DNA of 9,651 nucleotides from a virus (Duplodnaviria; Heunggongvirae; Uroviricota; Caudoviricetes): IMG/VR virus record IMGVR_UViG_2529292715_000010, positions 1 to 9,651 of that record; one strand, 5' to 3'. Shown piece by piece: positions 8,458 to 9,651 of this stretch (position 1 is its first letter; each line of letters starts with the position of its first letter). The notes under the pieces were generated by a model. It saw only the letters and a program-made list of their open reading frames with translations, ran no database searches and was not told where the DNA came from. The position numbers and the translations under genes were made by a program.

Positions 8458-8905
8458 TTACACATCATTAGTACCTTCCTTATTTCTTGACTGGGACAAA
8501 TTTGGGACCGATGGGTTCAGAATCGAGTCTATTTGCCGTGCGTGTTCGGTAAGGTGATTAGGTGCGAGGTGAGCATATCGACGAACCATTTCGATAGACT
8601 CCCAGCCTCCCATTTCCTGTAACACTGATAACGGGACTCCGGCTTGAACCAGCCAACTTGCCCAGGTGTGTCTCAAGTCGTGAAATCTGAAATCATCAAT
8701 ACCAGCCCGTCTCAGCGCCGCTTTCCAGGTTGTGTTTGCGTCATACCGCATCTTCCTTACTGTTGGCGCTTTCGTTCCGTCTGGTTTGGTACAGCTTTCC
8801 TTGTACACAAATACCCAACGGTGATGATTTCCGATTTGTTTTTCAATACGCGACATGCAGTATCATTCAGCGCAACGCCAATTGCGCGGTTTGATTTACT
8901 CTCTT
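8458..8905 (-). pseudogene. Tyrosine recombinase (phage integrase), 3' fragment only: catalytic region with HxLRH and RRYAH motifs, frameshifted and 5'-truncated by the IS element
   Basis: ORF 8458..8856 encodes ...[42 protein letters not shown].... Upstream integrase-like sequence (...[20 protein letters not shown]...) continues in another frame from the IS junction down to 8757, so there is a frameshift, plausibly at the T5 run at 8839-8843. The stop lies 14 nt from the tRNA core. Confidence 0.8.
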
Positions 8906-9651
8906 TGAGGTGTACTGGCAATAGCGGACACTACCATTTGTTCTTTTTTAAGCAGCCATCTGATGATATTTTTCCCTGAAGGCTGCCGGGGAGATATTCC
9001 CCAGACGAGAGTGACGACGCTGACGATTGTAGAAAATCTCAATGTATTCCCGTATTACTGAGATGGCTTCATCCCGGTTATTAAAACGATAGTGGCTCAG
9101 GCTCTCATTTTTCAGCGTTCCCCAGAAGCTTTCCATCGGAGCGTTGTCGTAACAGTTACCTTTACGCGACATTGATGTTTTCAGACCAAACTGCTCCTGT
9201 ATGACCCGGTAATCGTATGCGCAGTACTGTGAACCTCGATCAGAGTGGTGGATTAGCCCGGCAGGTGGGCGCTGGCTCCTGAGCGCCATAAACAGGGCTT
9301 TACCTGTCAGCTCTTTTGTCATGCGCTCTCCCATGGCGTAGCCGACAATTTCGCACGTATAAACATCTTTGATGCCAGCGAGGTACAACCATCCCTCCTG
9401 TGTGGCAACATACGTCAGGTCCGCCACCCAGACCTGATTTGGTGCTGTAGGAGCGAACGTCTGGTTCAGCAGATTTGGCGCAACTGGCAGATTGTGGTTC
9501 GGGTTCGTAGTCGCTCTGAACTTGCGTTTCTGCTTACAGCGTAGCCTTAGCTCCTTACGAAGACGTGCCAGTCGGTCACGACCAACGATGATGCCATTCT
9601 CTGCCAGCTCCGTCTGGAGCCGCCGGGTTCCATATGTTTCGCGAGTGCGGA
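8906..9651 (-). mobile_element. IS3-family insertion sequence (partial: the terminus at about 8906 and the orfB-containing portion; the element continues beyond the window end)
   Basis: Terminal sequence 'tgaggtgtactggcaatagcggacac' starts with TG and resembles the ...GCAATAG.GGACAC IS3-group end I recall. Transposase orfB stops 42 nt inside this end. The boundary is accurate to a few bp only. Confidence 0.85.
8948..9651 (-). CDS. IS3-family transposase OrfB (DDE integrase-core), 5'-partial at the window edge
   Basis: Translation contains ...YGTRRLQTELAENGIIVGRDRLARL...PNQVWVADLTYV...LIHHSDRGSQY...SMSRKGNCYDNAPMESFW...SPAAFREKYHQMAA*. The frame is open from the window end to the stop at 8948. 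It may be IS600-like, but that is from memory and not verified. Confidence 0.85.
   Translation of the reverse strand, partial: RTRETYGTRRLQTELAENGIIVGRDRLARLRKELRLRCKQKRKFRATTNPNHNLPVAPNLLNQTFAPTAPNQVWVADLTYVATQEGWLYLAGIKDVYTCEIVGYAMGERMTKELTGKALFMALRSQRPPAGLIHHSDRGSQYCAYDYRVIQEQFGLKTSMSRKGNCYDNAPMESFWGTLKNESLSHYRFNNRDEAISVIREYIEIFYNRQRRHSRLGNISPAAFREKYHQMAA

Noticed and set aside
8644..8979. 111-aa plus-strand ORF
   Set aside because: Antisense to the integrase fragment and spanning the IS junction. No coherent protein features.

Overview
The window reads as the late/tail end of a temperate enterobacterial phage or prophage with a Mu-type baseplate, followed by an AT-rich O-antigen glucosylation (serotype-conversion) module, an att core and a broken integrase. 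All calls rest on reading the supplied ORF translations and on hand translation of the sequence; no database search was run, so every family assignment is from recalled similarity and is unverified.

Plus strand, 1-5444: a partial gpN-like gene open to the window start, a gpP-like tail protein, a gp45-like spike split across two frames, a gp46-like gene, one ORF combining gp47/J-like and gp48/YmfQ-like domains, a short tail fibre and its assembly chaperone. Most junctions are stop/start overlaps.

Minus strand, 5567-8196: a gtrA-gtrB-gtr(type) operon in which all three genes are out of frame. The type-specific gene also carries a 12-copy 10-bp tandem repeat in its 5' coding region. This is the most unusual object in the window and a candidate slipped-strand ON/OFF switch.

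8197-9651: a 46-nt tRNA-Thr 3' fragment (att core) lies between gtrA and the integrase 3' end, which is the phage attP arrangement rather than a prophage end. The integrase is frameshifted and cut by an IS3-family element that runs off the window end.

Caveat: four of the five inferred frameshifts sit at A/T runs and are all single-base losses, so assembly error must be excluded before any of them is read as biology.
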